NCBI RefSeq assembly: GCF_000008465.1
Contig: NC_006512.1
Span: forward strand, 510,001 to 542,000
Reading direction: 5' to 3'
Length of the DNA: 32,000 nucleotides
Origin: Idiomarina loihiensis L2TR
Lineage (GTDB): Bacteria > Pseudomonadota > Gammaproteobacteria > Enterobacterales > Alteromonadaceae
Positions 9,556 through 17,851 of the stretch are shown here, in pieces; positions within the stretch are counted from its first letter, which is position 1, and each line of letters opens with the position of its first letter. The notes beneath the pieces were generated by a model, which did no database searches, was not told the DNA's origin, and worked only from the letters and a program-made list of their open reading frames with translations. Made by a program: the position numbers and the translations under genes.

Positions 9556-9571
9556 AGTGATACTTAACGGC

Positions 9572-11278
9572 TTAGAGTAAGCTGTCTACTCGTAGTTGTT
9601 TGTCCTGAAGTAAGAACATTGTACCATTTCGATGTTCTTTTATGCGCAGACTTTTCTCTTTAAAGATAAACAAAATACCCGGAAAGACTTCTTTGCTGAC
9701 CATAGTGCGCAAAACTGGGTGGTTTTCGAAAGCCTCCAGTATTGAATCTATGCTGGTTCGGGTATTAATAATGCGGGTCTTAAGTTTGCGTAACTCAATT
9801 TTTAGTTTTTTCTGGTATTCCAGCTTTTTCACACCATCTTCCAGTTTGTCGCAACGATTTAACCCTTGCTGTACCACTTTTACCCTGGCCAGAGTTTTTG
9901 TCAGCAACGCTCGCATACTATTTAAATGCTCAAGCGACTGAGGGTCAGCAGGCGGCAGCGACCAGTAAATTCGGGTTTTTGTGCCGGCCGGCGCGCCCAA
10001 CTGCCCACAATAGACATGAGCACAGGTTTCAATAGTGCCGCCAATGAGTTTGCCGCGGGCATTACGACCTTCACCACCAATGGCCAGAGGGCCTTTTGTT
10101 ATAACATGGCAATGGGTTAGTTGTTTGTCTGTATTCACACCCGTTTGAGCTTCAAAGTAGGAATACTGGGCATAGGCACACCAGATGGAGCCGCCCGCAA
10201 TAAGTTTGGTGGACACGTCCGGTATCCATTCATCGGCGTCTTCGTCGTTCTCAGCATTATCGCCTGAATGAATCAGATGACCGATACAACCTTTACGCAC
10301 CGTGATATTGCCTTCGGCATGTAACTCAGCTGAATCGACATAACCACCTACCGTAATATCGCCTGAACAAGTGACTTTCATTCCTTCACTGACATTACCG
10401 GTGACAATTACGCTACCCTTAAATTTAACGTGGCCAGTTGATACATCGACGTTGTTTAGCTGCATAACATCATCAACCTGCACGCTGTTTTCGCTAAAGC
10501 TGGGCATGCCGGTCCGGTCTGCAACAATTAAATTGGCATCGGTATCGCTAACACGAGTGCCTTCACCGGGTTTAAAGTCGCGGTCCTCACCGTCGCGGGC
10601 TTCCAGTTCCTGGCCAAAAACAGTAAAGCCAGCGCGACCTTTGCTCGGAGGTATTTTCTGTAATAGCGGATGGTCAGGATCAACCGTGACTTCAGCACCT
10701 AAATCGCGCATGTCTGCCGTACCGTCTTCACGTAACTGAGGACGTAAAACGCGCTTGCGGGCATCGTCTGTCAGGGGTTTAAATTTGGCATTACTGCCAT
10801 TGATAGGGTACTTGCCCTTTGCCACAGTAACTGACAACTCAGCACCCGGTGGAGCTTCATTAGTGTGTTCAACCAAGGCGTCAATAGCCTTGCGCTGAAT
10901 GCCGGAGGTAATTTTCTTTTCCTTCAGCTTGGCAATGATAATTTCCTGCGTCAGGGCTTTGCCGCCATAACCGACAATACCGCTGGCGGTGACTTTCATA
11001 TCGTCGTCGCTTACCTGCAAATTTAAATCGGCGTCAAAAATCTCAGCAATAGCGACTTGAAAGGGAATGCTGCTGTTAGAGTCTTTACTGTAATGCTGGG
11101 CGTACTTTGTTGCAGTTTGTAGCAGCATTTGAGGATCAAGTAATTTTGCAGCCGAAAACTTAGAAGCCTGCCAGGCTTGCTGGAGTTTATCTGCTTTGAC
11201 CTCTGAGGGAGGAGTGCCGGCATCAATACTGATGTACACATCTCTTTCAGAAACCCGGAAACTGACCGGACTGGACAT
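9572..11278 (-). CDS. FapA/DUF342-family protein
   Basis: 568 aa. The N-terminal region has GGKALTQEIIIAKLKEKKITSGI. The central region is a repetitive G-x-I/V-x-V beta-helix-like segment, followed by a C-terminal coiled coil. This is the typical DUF342 layout. Confidence 0.6.
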   Translation of the reverse strand: MSSPVSFRVSERDVYISIDAGTPPSEVKADKLQQAWQASKFSAAKLLDPQMLLQTATKYAQHYSKDSNSSIPFQVAIAEIFDADLNLQVSDDDMKVTASGIVGYGGKALTQEIIIAKLKEKKITSGIQRKAIDALVEHTNEAPPGAELSVTVAKGKYPINGSNAKFKPLTDDARKRVLRPQLREDGTADMRDLGAEVTVDPDHPLLQKIPPSKGRAGFTVFGQELEARDGEDRDFKPGEGTRVSDTDANLIVADRTGMPSFSENSVQVDDVMQLNNVDVSTGHVKFKGSVIVTGNVSEGMKVTCSGDITVGGYVDSAELHAEGNITVRKGCIGHLIHSGDNAENDEDADEWIPDVSTKLIAGGSIWCAYAQYSYFEAQTGVNTDKQLTHCHVITKGPLAIGGEGRNARGKLIGGTIETCAHVYCGQLGAPAGTKTRIYWSLPPADPQSLEHLNSMRALLTKTLARVKVVQQGLNRCDKLEDGVKKLEYQKKLKIELRKLKTRIINTRTSIDSILEAFENHPVLRTMVSKEVFPGILFIFKEKSLRIKEHRNGTMFLLQDKQLRVDSLL

Positions 11279-11356
11279 AGGGCGCCTGTACTCTAACTGT
11301 TGTTATAATTTTTATCGGGCTATTTTAACGAATGTTTACCCTTTTTTGTATTAAAT

Positions 11357-11713
11357 TTAATCGTCCGGGACAACATCATTACAGTAGCTTGCTATTTTTT
11401 CATTCACTGCGGCTAATTCAGCGTTAACTTGTGTAACTGCTTCAATGCGCTGTTCGTAAGTCTTTAACTGCCAGTCTTTGAAAAGTTGTGCAGCCAAAAG
11501 GCTCAAGTCAGTCGCGCCAATAGTAGCACTTAAACTTTTTAACGTATGTAACTTTAAGCGGGCCGCTTCAACATCTTCTAATAAGTCCTCTGTATTCAGC
11601 AAAGGAGCAAACTGTTCCAGATAACAGTTCAGCACTTCCCGGTAGAGGCTGTGCTGATTGTCACAATGGCGCAGACCGCGGTTAAAATCAATCTGTGCTG
11701 AATTACTGCTCAT
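11357..11713 (-). CDS. Hpt domain protein (second Hpt in the window)
   Basis: I take the start as ATG 11713-11711 (MSSNSAQIDF...) rather than the tracked 11818, which would lie inside the upstream gene. Signature LHTLKSLSATIGA. It overlaps the upstream stop by 11 nt (ATGAGCAGTAA). Confidence 0.65.
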   Translation of the reverse strand: MSSNSAQIDFNRGLRHCDNQHSLYREVLNCYLEQFAPLLNTEDLLEDVEAARLKLHTLKSLSATIGATDLSLLAAQLFKDWQLKTYEQRIEAVTQVNAELAAVNEKIASYCNDVVPDD

Positions 11714-12725
11714 AAGGTTTGTTCTCGTAAACCTCGGTAAAAGAATCAACGCTTTCGGTGGCGTCCGACATGGCGTCTTTATCAAACTGTGCAACATTGA
11801 ATAAGGCTTCGCCTTCATTAGCTACCGGAATATTGCTGCAGCCTATAATAATGCCGCGTACCGGAGATTCAATCGCATCGCCTTCGCCACCATGCGGGTT
11901 AACGCTTAAGGCTAATACTTGTTGTTTCTGAATGGTTTGTCCTAGCTCAACTTTGGGAATAATAAGGCCGTCGCGTTCTGCCCGAACCCAGGTGGAACGA
12001 CGGGCAATGACAGGTGTAATACGACGACCACGACGGCGGCCTTTCATCATTTTCAAATGCTTCATCACGTTTTCTACACCAATAACGCCGGCACTTATCG
12101 AGGCCTCATCAAAGCGCAGTCCTTCACCTGCCTCATATAAAATGAGAGGAATACCGAGCTCATTGGCTAAAGCCCGCAAGGAACCGTCGCGCTCTTTAGA
12201 GTGCAGAATAACCGGCGTGCTGAAAACCTTCGCCATGGCCAGTGCTTTTTCGTTTTCAACGTCTACCCGAATTTGCGGCAGGTTACTGCGGTGAATAGCT
12301 CCCGTGTGCAAGTCCACAATGTGGGTCGACTTTTTGACCAGCTCTTCACTGAACAAATACGCCATACGACTTCCCAGAGCACCGCGTTCCGAGCCGGGAA
12401 AGCAACGGTTTAAATCACGCCGGTCAGGCAAGTATCGAGACTGCTGAATAAACCCAAATAAGTTAACAATAGGCACCACGACTAAAGTGCCGCTGAGCGT
12501 GCGGGCGTCGGTGGTATTAATTAAGCGTCGGCAAACTTCAATGCCGTTCAGCTCATCACCATGAATAGCCGCGCAAATCAGCAATACCGGTCCGGGCTTT
12601 GTGCCATGAAACACATCTATGCGTAAGTCCAGCGGTGCGTCGTTATATAAACGCAACGCGGGCAGAGTTATATGCTGATGCGATCCCGGCTCTACCCATT
12701 GTCCAGCCAGTTCAAAACCGTTCAT
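11703..12725 (-). CDS. Succinylglutamate desuccinylase/aspartoacylase (AstE/AspA) family zinc deacylase
   Basis: The start is taken at MNGFELAGQW (ATG 12725), 1 nt after the rimK stop. Zinc ligand pattern AAIHGDELNG ... VDLHTG. Confidence 0.7.
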   Translation of the reverse strand: MNGFELAGQWVEPGSHQHITLPALRLYNDAPLDLRIDVFHGTKPGPVLLICAAIHGDELNGIEVCRRLINTTDARTLSGTLVVVPIVNLFGFIQQSRYLPDRRDLNRCFPGSERGALGSRMAYLFSEELVKKSTHIVDLHTGAIHRSNLPQIRVDVENEKALAMAKVFSTPVILHSKERDGSLRALANELGIPLILYEAGEGLRFDEASISAGVIGVENVMKHLKMMKGRRRGRRITPVIARRSTWVRAERDGLIIPKVELGQTIQKQQVLALSVNPHGGEGDAIESPVRGIIIGCSNIPVANEGEALFNVAQFDKDAMSDATESVDSFTEVYENKPYEQ

Positions 12726-12726
12726 T

Positions 12727-13632
12727 TTATCCTTGCCCTTTGGTACGGGTTTTATGCGCTTTGGCGTTTTTCTCAAGGAAGGTAATAATTTGTGACGCAA
12801 CGTCTTTCTCGGTTGCCTGTTCAATACCTTCAAGCCCGGGTGACGAGTTCACTTCCATAACTAATGGCCCGTGGTTAGAGCGTAAGATATCCACACCCGC
12901 TACGTTAAGCCCCATGGTTTTAGCGGCTTTAACCGCCGTTGCGCGCTCAGCCGGTGTTAGTTTAACTAACGACGCGCTGCCGCCACGGTGCAGGTTTGAA
13001 CGAAATTCGCCGGCTTTTGCCTGGCGCTTCATTGCTGCAATAACTTTGTCGCCAATAACCAAACAGCGAATGTCCGCACCACCAGCTTCTTTAATGTATT
13101 CCTGCACCATAAAGTTGGAGTGCAGACCCATAAAGGCTTCAATAACACTTTCAGCGGCCTGACGGGTTTCGGCTAACACCACACCAATGCCCTGAGTACC
13201 TTCCAGCAATTTAATAACCAGCGGCGCGCCGCCAACCATGTCAATGAGGTCAGGAATGTCCTGTGGCTGACTGGCAAAACCAGTTGTCGGCAGGCCTATG
13301 CCTTTTCGCGACAGCAATTGCAGTGAGCGCAACTTGTCGCGGCTACGGGAAATGGCAACCGACTCATTTAACGGATAGCTGCCTATCATTTCAAACTGGC
13401 GCAAAACAGCGGTGCCATAAAACGTCACTGACGCTCCAATACGCGGAATAACACAGTCGTAGTGGGGCAGTTCCTTGCCGTGCTTATGGATGGATGATTC
13501 ACGCGCATTAATGTTCATGTAACATCTTAGCGGGTTAAGCACGTCAACTTCGTGGCCACGCTCTTCAGCGGCTTCCACTAAGCGGCGAGTTGAATAAAGT
13601 GAGGCGTTACGCGATAAAATCGCAATTCTCAT
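12727..13632 (-). CDS. rimK: Ribosomal protein S6 L-glutamate ligase RimK (ATP-grasp)
   Basis: 301 aa, near-collinear with E. coli RimK ([18 protein letters not shown]..., [56 protein letters not shown]). Confidence 0.92.
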
Positions 13633-14051
13633 TGCTCTTCTCCTAATAAGTGAGAGGCTTGTGGATCTACGATAAAGTTTCCGCGCATGGCTTGTCGACC
13701 CAATAACATACGGAACTTCATGGTGTCTCTATTAGTTAATGTCAGTTCGACCGCCTGGTCAAACTTACCCAGTTGTAATCGGGTTCGGATCACATAACGG
13801 GTTTCAGTATGACCGCCGGAGTCGGTTACTTCACGTTTATCAAATACCGGGGCTTCGCACACTTGTTCGCGCAAAGAGCCTTGCTCCGGGTGCATAAAAA
13901 TACGCAACCATTCCTGGCCGTCGCGTTCAAAAGGTTCAAGTTTGAACGCGTGTAAACACGAAGTTTTGGCGCCAGTATCGACTTTCATATGAATCAGATT
14001 AATATTGAGTTCAGGAAGTGCTCCCCACTCTTGCCAGCCAATTGTTGTCAT
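13629..14051 (-). CDS. Retropepsin-like 'ATP-dependent zinc protease' (DUF785; RimB-like)
   Basis: The start is taken at MTTIGWQEW (ATG 14051). The tracked start at 14108 is also possible. It carries the aspartyl-protease-like motif [13 protein letters not shown]. An ATGA overlap links it to rimK. Confidence 0.7.
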
Positions 14052-14119
14052 TGTGCTACCTTGTTGTAAATCTTGAATGCTTAATACAGTATTTTTGGTA
14101 AAACGCAATTTTTATTTAT

Positions 14120-14128
14120 GTAGCCTGA
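14120..14128 (+). repeat. Left part of a REP unit split by the IS (gtagcctga)
   Basis: Joined to 15511-15525 it gives gtagcctgacattcatgtcaggtg, which is identical to 22271-22294. Confidence 0.8.
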
Positions 14129-14132
14129 TGAG

Positions 14133-14145
14133 ATGGTCCCCTCCC
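14133..14145 (+). repeat. Left subterminal inverted repeat ATGGTCCCCTCCC
   Basis: Exact reverse complement of 15492-15504. Confidence 0.85.
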
Positions 14146-14213
14146 TCCTAAGCGGCATCGCAATGTGCCAATATAGAGGTTCAAGCTTCTATAGAACAGA
14201 GTGGAGAGGACCA

Positions 14214-15245
14214 ATGGCTATTGTAAACAGAATTGCCCTGGATTTGGCAAAGGATTTTATTCAGGTTTTGGCGCTGGATGAAAATGAGCAGGAAGTTTTT
14301 AATAAAAAACTGCGCAGCAATAAAGTGTTAGCGAAGCTGGCGACGCTGAGCCGTACGGATGACTGTGAAGTAGCGGTTGAGTCCTGCGGCATGAGTCATT
14401 ACTGGCGCCGCGAATGTGAAAAGCTGGGTTATAAAACGGTGGCGTTGCCACCGCGTTTCGTCAAAGCGTACCTGCAGGGTGAGAAGAACGATGCGAATGA
14501 CGCCCGGGCAATAGCCGAGGCGGCATCACGACCCAACCGTCAGACGGTCAGGCTGAAAAGCATTGAGCAGCAGGACTTAGCATTGATGGTCAATCAGCGG
14601 GAAGGCTTCGTGCAGACGAGAACGCAGTTCTCGAATAGGTTGCGGGGGCAACTGGCCGAATACGGCATTCTTTTACCGAAGCGAGTCGGTACGATATTAC
14701 AGAGAGTACCGGAGGTACTGGAAGACGACAGCAATGCGCTGACGCTTCAGTCACGGGACCTCATCAACCGGCTCTATCAGATGCTGCGAGCGGTGGATGA
14801 AGAAGTTAAAGCGCTGGATAAGCACTTAGCGACACAGGCCGAAAGGAATGAAGACAGTCAGCGGCTGATGACCCTGCCGGGTATCGGACCGATAACAGCG
14901 ACCTCGCTGCTGGCACTGATAGGTGATGTGAGTGAATTTAAACGCGGCCGCAACCTGTCGGAATACCTGGGACTGGTACCACGGCAAAACAGCAGTGGCG
15001 GTAAAGACCGTTTAGGCGGTATTACCAAAAAAGGGAACACCAAACTCAGGACACTGCTGGTGCATGGCGCCCGCTCGGCACTGCGGGTGGCACAACAGCG
15101 CCACGACAGGCTGAGCCTCTGGGCACAGGATGTCGCTAAACGCAGAGGCAACAACGTTGCAGCGGTGGCACTGGCTAACAAGCACGCCCGGATAATCTGG
15201 GCGATGTTAAAGAATAAAGAAGATTACCGGATGACTGCTGCTTAA
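14214..15245 (+). CDS. IS110-family transposase (DEDD RuvC-like N-domain plus Transposase_20 C-domain)
   Basis: The start is taken at MAIVNRIALDLAKDF, because the tracked 14133 start lies inside the terminal IR. Motifs: LDLAK, VESCG, NDANDA, LMTLPGIGPITA, VPRQNSSGG. Confidence 0.9.
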   Translation: MAIVNRIALDLAKDFIQVLALDENEQEVFNKKLRSNKVLAKLATLSRTDDCEVAVESCGMSHYWRRECEKLGYKTVALPPRFVKAYLQGEKNDANDARAIAEAASRPNRQTVRLKSIEQQDLALMVNQREGFVQTRTQFSNRLRGQLAEYGILLPKRVGTILQRVPEVLEDDSNALTLQSRDLINRLYQMLRAVDEEVKALDKHLATQAERNEDSQRLMTLPGIGPITATSLLALIGDVSEFKRGRNLSEYLGLVPRQNSSGGKDRLGGITKKGNTKLRTLLVHGARSALRVAQQRHDRLSLWAQDVAKRRGNNVAAVALANKHARIIWAMLKNKEDYRMTAA

Positions 15246-15324
15246 CAGCATTCAGTAAAAGAGCACAGCGAAGGTTCATTCCTTCCGGGAGTTGCAAACG
15301 TCAACAGGATGGTAAAATAGGGTA

Positions 15325-15475
15325 AACCGACGACAACTGAGACTGTTGAACGTCCGTACATAAAGTACGTTAGCCTGATAAGCCAGTTGTCGTGCGGAGT
15401 TCATCCAGGCCAGGTGCGCAAAGCGCGCACCATAAACAGGCCGTATATATGCGAGCGCCCCGACATTTACCACGA
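15325..15475 (+). ncRNA. Candidate bridge/guide RNA in the 3' non-coding flank of the IS
   Basis: A 10-bp stem (15330-15339 / 15384-15393) encloses an internal loop and a small hairpin (15355-15359 / 15365-15369). The loop strands contain tgaacgtc (15347-15354) and tagcctga (15371-15378), which match the REP target. A second hairpin lies at 15413-15431. No expression evidence. Confidence 0.35.
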
Positions 15476-15491
15476 GTTGCCGTTGCAAAAC

Positions 15492-15504
15492 GGGAGGGGA
15501 CCAT
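15492..15504 (+). repeat. Right subterminal inverted repeat GGGAGGGGACCAT
   Basis: Exact reverse complement of 14133-14145. Confidence 0.85.
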
Positions 15505-15510
15505 ATATGA

Positions 15511-15525
15511 CATTCATGTCAGGTG
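15511..15525 (+). repeat. Right part of the REP unit split by the IS (cattcatgtcaggtg)
   Basis: See 14120-14128. Confidence 0.8.
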
Positions 15526-15602
15526 TGATAGCTTTTTACGTAAGCAACGAAAACTGCTACTTTTGATAAAATAAGTAATAAGACTCAACTTAAGGATAGC
15601 CT

Positions 15603-16337
15603 ATGTCGGTTTGCCCATCTTGTGATTGTCGAAAACCTTTGGGGTTTGGCATTAAAATGGCCTTTCAGCCCATTGTTGATATTTCTGACAAAAGCGTATT
15701 CGCACACGAAGCCCTAGTGCGGGGAGAAAACGGCGAGGGCGCAGGCCGAATATTGGGGCAAGTGACAGAAGACAACAAGTATACCTTTGATCAAAGTTGC
15801 CGGGTTAAGGCAATAGAGACCGCGTCTCGTATCCAGCTACCGGGCAGTTTGAGTATTAATTTTATGCCTAACGCCATTTATGAACCGGAAACCTGTCTGG
15901 CAACCACCTTATCGACAGCCCGCAAAACCGGGTTCGACCGGAATAAAATTATTTTTGAGGTGACTGAACAGGAACAGGTTGTGAGTCAGGAGTTTCTGGT
16001 GGAAGTGTTTGAGGCTTATCGTAAAGAGGGGTTCAGAACCGCCATCGATGACTTTGGTGCCGGTTACGCCGGGTTGAATTTACTGGCTGACTTTCAGCCG
16101 GACATTCTGAAAATTGATATGAAGCTTATTCGTGACATTAACCAGAATAAGGTAAAGCAAACTCTGGTTCGTTCCATTCAGCAAATTTCAGAAGAGCTGG
16201 GGATTCAGCTTATCGCCGAAGGCATTGAAACCGAAGACGAGTATAAATACCTGCGCGACAGCGGCATTACCCTAATGCAAGGCTACTTCTTCCAAAAACC
16301 CATGCTGGAAGCCTTCCAGAACATTAATTTCCCGTAG
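15603..16337 (+). CDS. Standalone EAL-domain c-di-GMP phosphodiesterase (RimA-like by context)
   Basis: 244 aa with the catalytic set EALVRG, NFMPN, EVTEQE, DDFGAGYAGLN, KIDMKLIR, AEGIETEDE and QGYFFQKP. The TAG stop is the TAG of a REP GTAG head. Confidence 0.85.
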   Translation: MSVCPSCDCRKPLGFGIKMAFQPIVDISDKSVFAHEALVRGENGEGAGRILGQVTEDNKYTFDQSCRVKAIETASRIQLPGSLSINFMPNAIYEPETCLATTLSTARKTGFDRNKIIFEVTEQEQVVSQEFLVEVFEAYRKEGFRTAIDDFGAGYAGLNLLADFQPDILKIDMKLIRDINQNKVKQTLVRSIQQISEELGIQLIAEGIETEDEYKYLRDSGITLMQGYFFQKPMLEAFQNINFP

Positions 16338-16389
16338 CCTGACATTTATGTCAGGTGAGATATCGCTCCTGACGTGAACGTCAGGCTAC
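16334..16389. repeat. REP doublet: A-type forward (16334-16355) and G-type reverse (16368-16389)
   Basis: gtagcctgacatttatgtcagg tgagatatcgct cctgacgtgaacgtcaggctac. Confidence 0.85.
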
Positions 16390-17048
16390 GTACGCGATGC
16401 CTGTAACTTCTGCAAATGCGCTTTAAAATCGTAAATGTCGCGGTCCAGCGCATTGGAACTTACGTAAAGGTCGTAACCAAGTAATTCCCGCATTTGTTCC
16501 ATGCGCTTACCAAACACACCAATTAGCCCCTTATAAACAGTGCCATTAGGGCTAATGTAACTGTCTGGAATATCAAAATAAGGCGTATAATCCTCGCGCT
16601 CCGGTGCCTGATGCCGCAAAGCCATAGTCAGCAACTGACGTTGTTCGAACAATAAGGCAGAAGCAAGCCGGGGCGAAATATCATCCAGCACTTCTTCAAC
16701 CTGATACAACCGGAACCCCAGAAAGGGGGCGTCTTCAAGCTCCAGCACCCGGTTCACTCGGGGAACGTCGTAACGGATAATATTCTCCCAGCGAATCTGC
16801 CATTGTCCACGGCGGTGCAAATAACGAATGCCGTCTTCGGTGATCACCAGTGAAACCGGAGGCTCTATCACTTTACCAATGCCTAACAGCAAGAATATGC
16901 CGGACGTTGCGCCGAGCACCACAGTAACACCCACCGGAATATCGTCTCGCACCAGATGAAGGAAAACCAGTAGCGCAAACAACAATACCGCCAACCCACA
17001 AAAGGTTAATGCATTGCGCTTAGCCTGAGGACTGACATTAAATTGCAT
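16386..17048 (-). CDS. Hypothetical membrane protein (two N-terminal TM helices plus a soluble C-domain)
   Basis: The start is taken at MQFNVSPQAK (ATG 17048), preceded by AGGAGA. The tracked start at 17156 would overlap mutH by 74 nt. No family is recognised with confidence. Confidence 0.5.
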   Translation of the reverse strand: MQFNVSPQAKRNALTFCGLAVLLFALLVFLHLVRDDIPVGVTVVLGATSGIFLLLGIGKVIEPPVSLVITEDGIRYLHRRGQWQIRWENIIRYDVPRVNRVLELEDAPFLGFRLYQVEEVLDDISPRLASALLFEQRQLLTMALRHQAPEREDYTPYFDIPDSYISPNGTVYKGLIGVFGKRMEQMRELLGYDLYVSSNALDRDIYDFKAHLQKLQASRT

Positions 17049-17082
17049 AGTTTCTCCTGTGTACAACCGATGATGCCTCGGA

Positions 17083-17757
17083 TTACATAAACATCCGCTG
17101 CAATATCTGCCGGGTGAAATCCTTCTTAAGATAAAAGCCCCGTGGGCGCACTTCAATTATAGTACCTTCCGGGCCAATGGCCTCGGTCAGCGCCGAACCG
17201 TCTGCGGCTTTGGGGCGAATTTGCATGGCTTCCCCCTGACGTGCGGTAATACTCTCAACCTGGCCCAAAGCAATACGATCCATGTGTTCTTCCCAGTCGT
17301 TGCGCAGCAAGGCTTCCTCCTGTTCGCTAGGCACCCACAAAAACGCACTGCCAACTACCCGCTCGGCTAAAGGCACTTCGCGGCGGCCGTCAATGGGTAG
17401 CCACAACACCTGTTGTAATTTATTTCGTACGTTAGAAGTGGTCCATTGGACTCCCTGAATATTTACTAAAGGAGCGGTACAGACAAAAGTGGTTTCCAGC
17501 GGTTCACCGTCGGGCGTTACCGGTAGCGTTTTGAGTTCAACACCCAGCTCAGGGAAGTCCTGCGTGGGCTTGGAGCCCGCAGTGGCGCCCAGTTGCAGCT
17601 CCAGTAGTTGTCCCACCCAGCCTTTGTCGCGGCGTAAATCTTTGGGTACCTGCAACCCGGTTTCAGCAGCCAGGTCAGCAAATGTACGGCCAGCTAAAGC
17701 CGCCGCGCGCTGAAACAATTCATCAATGGACTGAGGGCGTTGTGGCTTGTCGGTCAT
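17083..17757 (-). CDS. mutH: DNA mismatch repair endonuclease MutH
   Basis: 224 aa collinear with E. coli MutH ([46 protein letters not shown]). Confidence 0.92.
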   Translation of the reverse strand: MTDKPQRPQSIDELFQRAAALAGRTFADLAAETGLQVPKDLRRDKGWVGQLLELQLGATAGSKPTQDFPELGVELKTLPVTPDGEPLETTFVCTAPLVNIQGVQWTTSNVRNKLQQVLWLPIDGRREVPLAERVVGSAFLWVPSEQEEALLRNDWEEHMDRIALGQVESITARQGEAMQIRPKAADGSALTEAIGPEGTIIEVRPRGFYLKKDFTRQILQRMFM

Positions 17758-17851
17758 GACTTAAATCTTCGTAAATAGTGAATCAGCATTTGCCCGCAAC
17801 CGGGCTTTATGGAAGAATCCACTGTAACAGAGAATAATTGAGGATGCTCGC

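Larger units (their letters stand above)
14129..15510 (+). mobile_element. IS110-family insertion sequence, IS1111-subgroup layout (about 1.38 kb)
   Basis: DEDD-type transposase ORF with a short 5' flank (85 bp) and a long 3' flank (265 bp). Perfect 13-bp subterminal inverted repeats lie at 14133-14145 and 15492-15504. tGA is present at both junctions. Excision restores a REP. Confidence 0.75.

Noticed and set aside
12599-13162. The 187-aa plus-strand ORF and the many other 60-160-aa ORFs antisense to recognisable genes (for example 745-964, 1544-1765, 6116-6433, 8771-9082, 10371-10739, 11932-12294, 14858-15181, 21080-21415, 21431-21838, 24420-24911, 28648-28923, 29523-29861)
   Set aside because: Each is fully embedded opposite a gene with clear family motifs. 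Their compositions are low-complexity (Ser/Arg/Ala/Pro rich), typical of antisense frames, and none has a recognisable motif.
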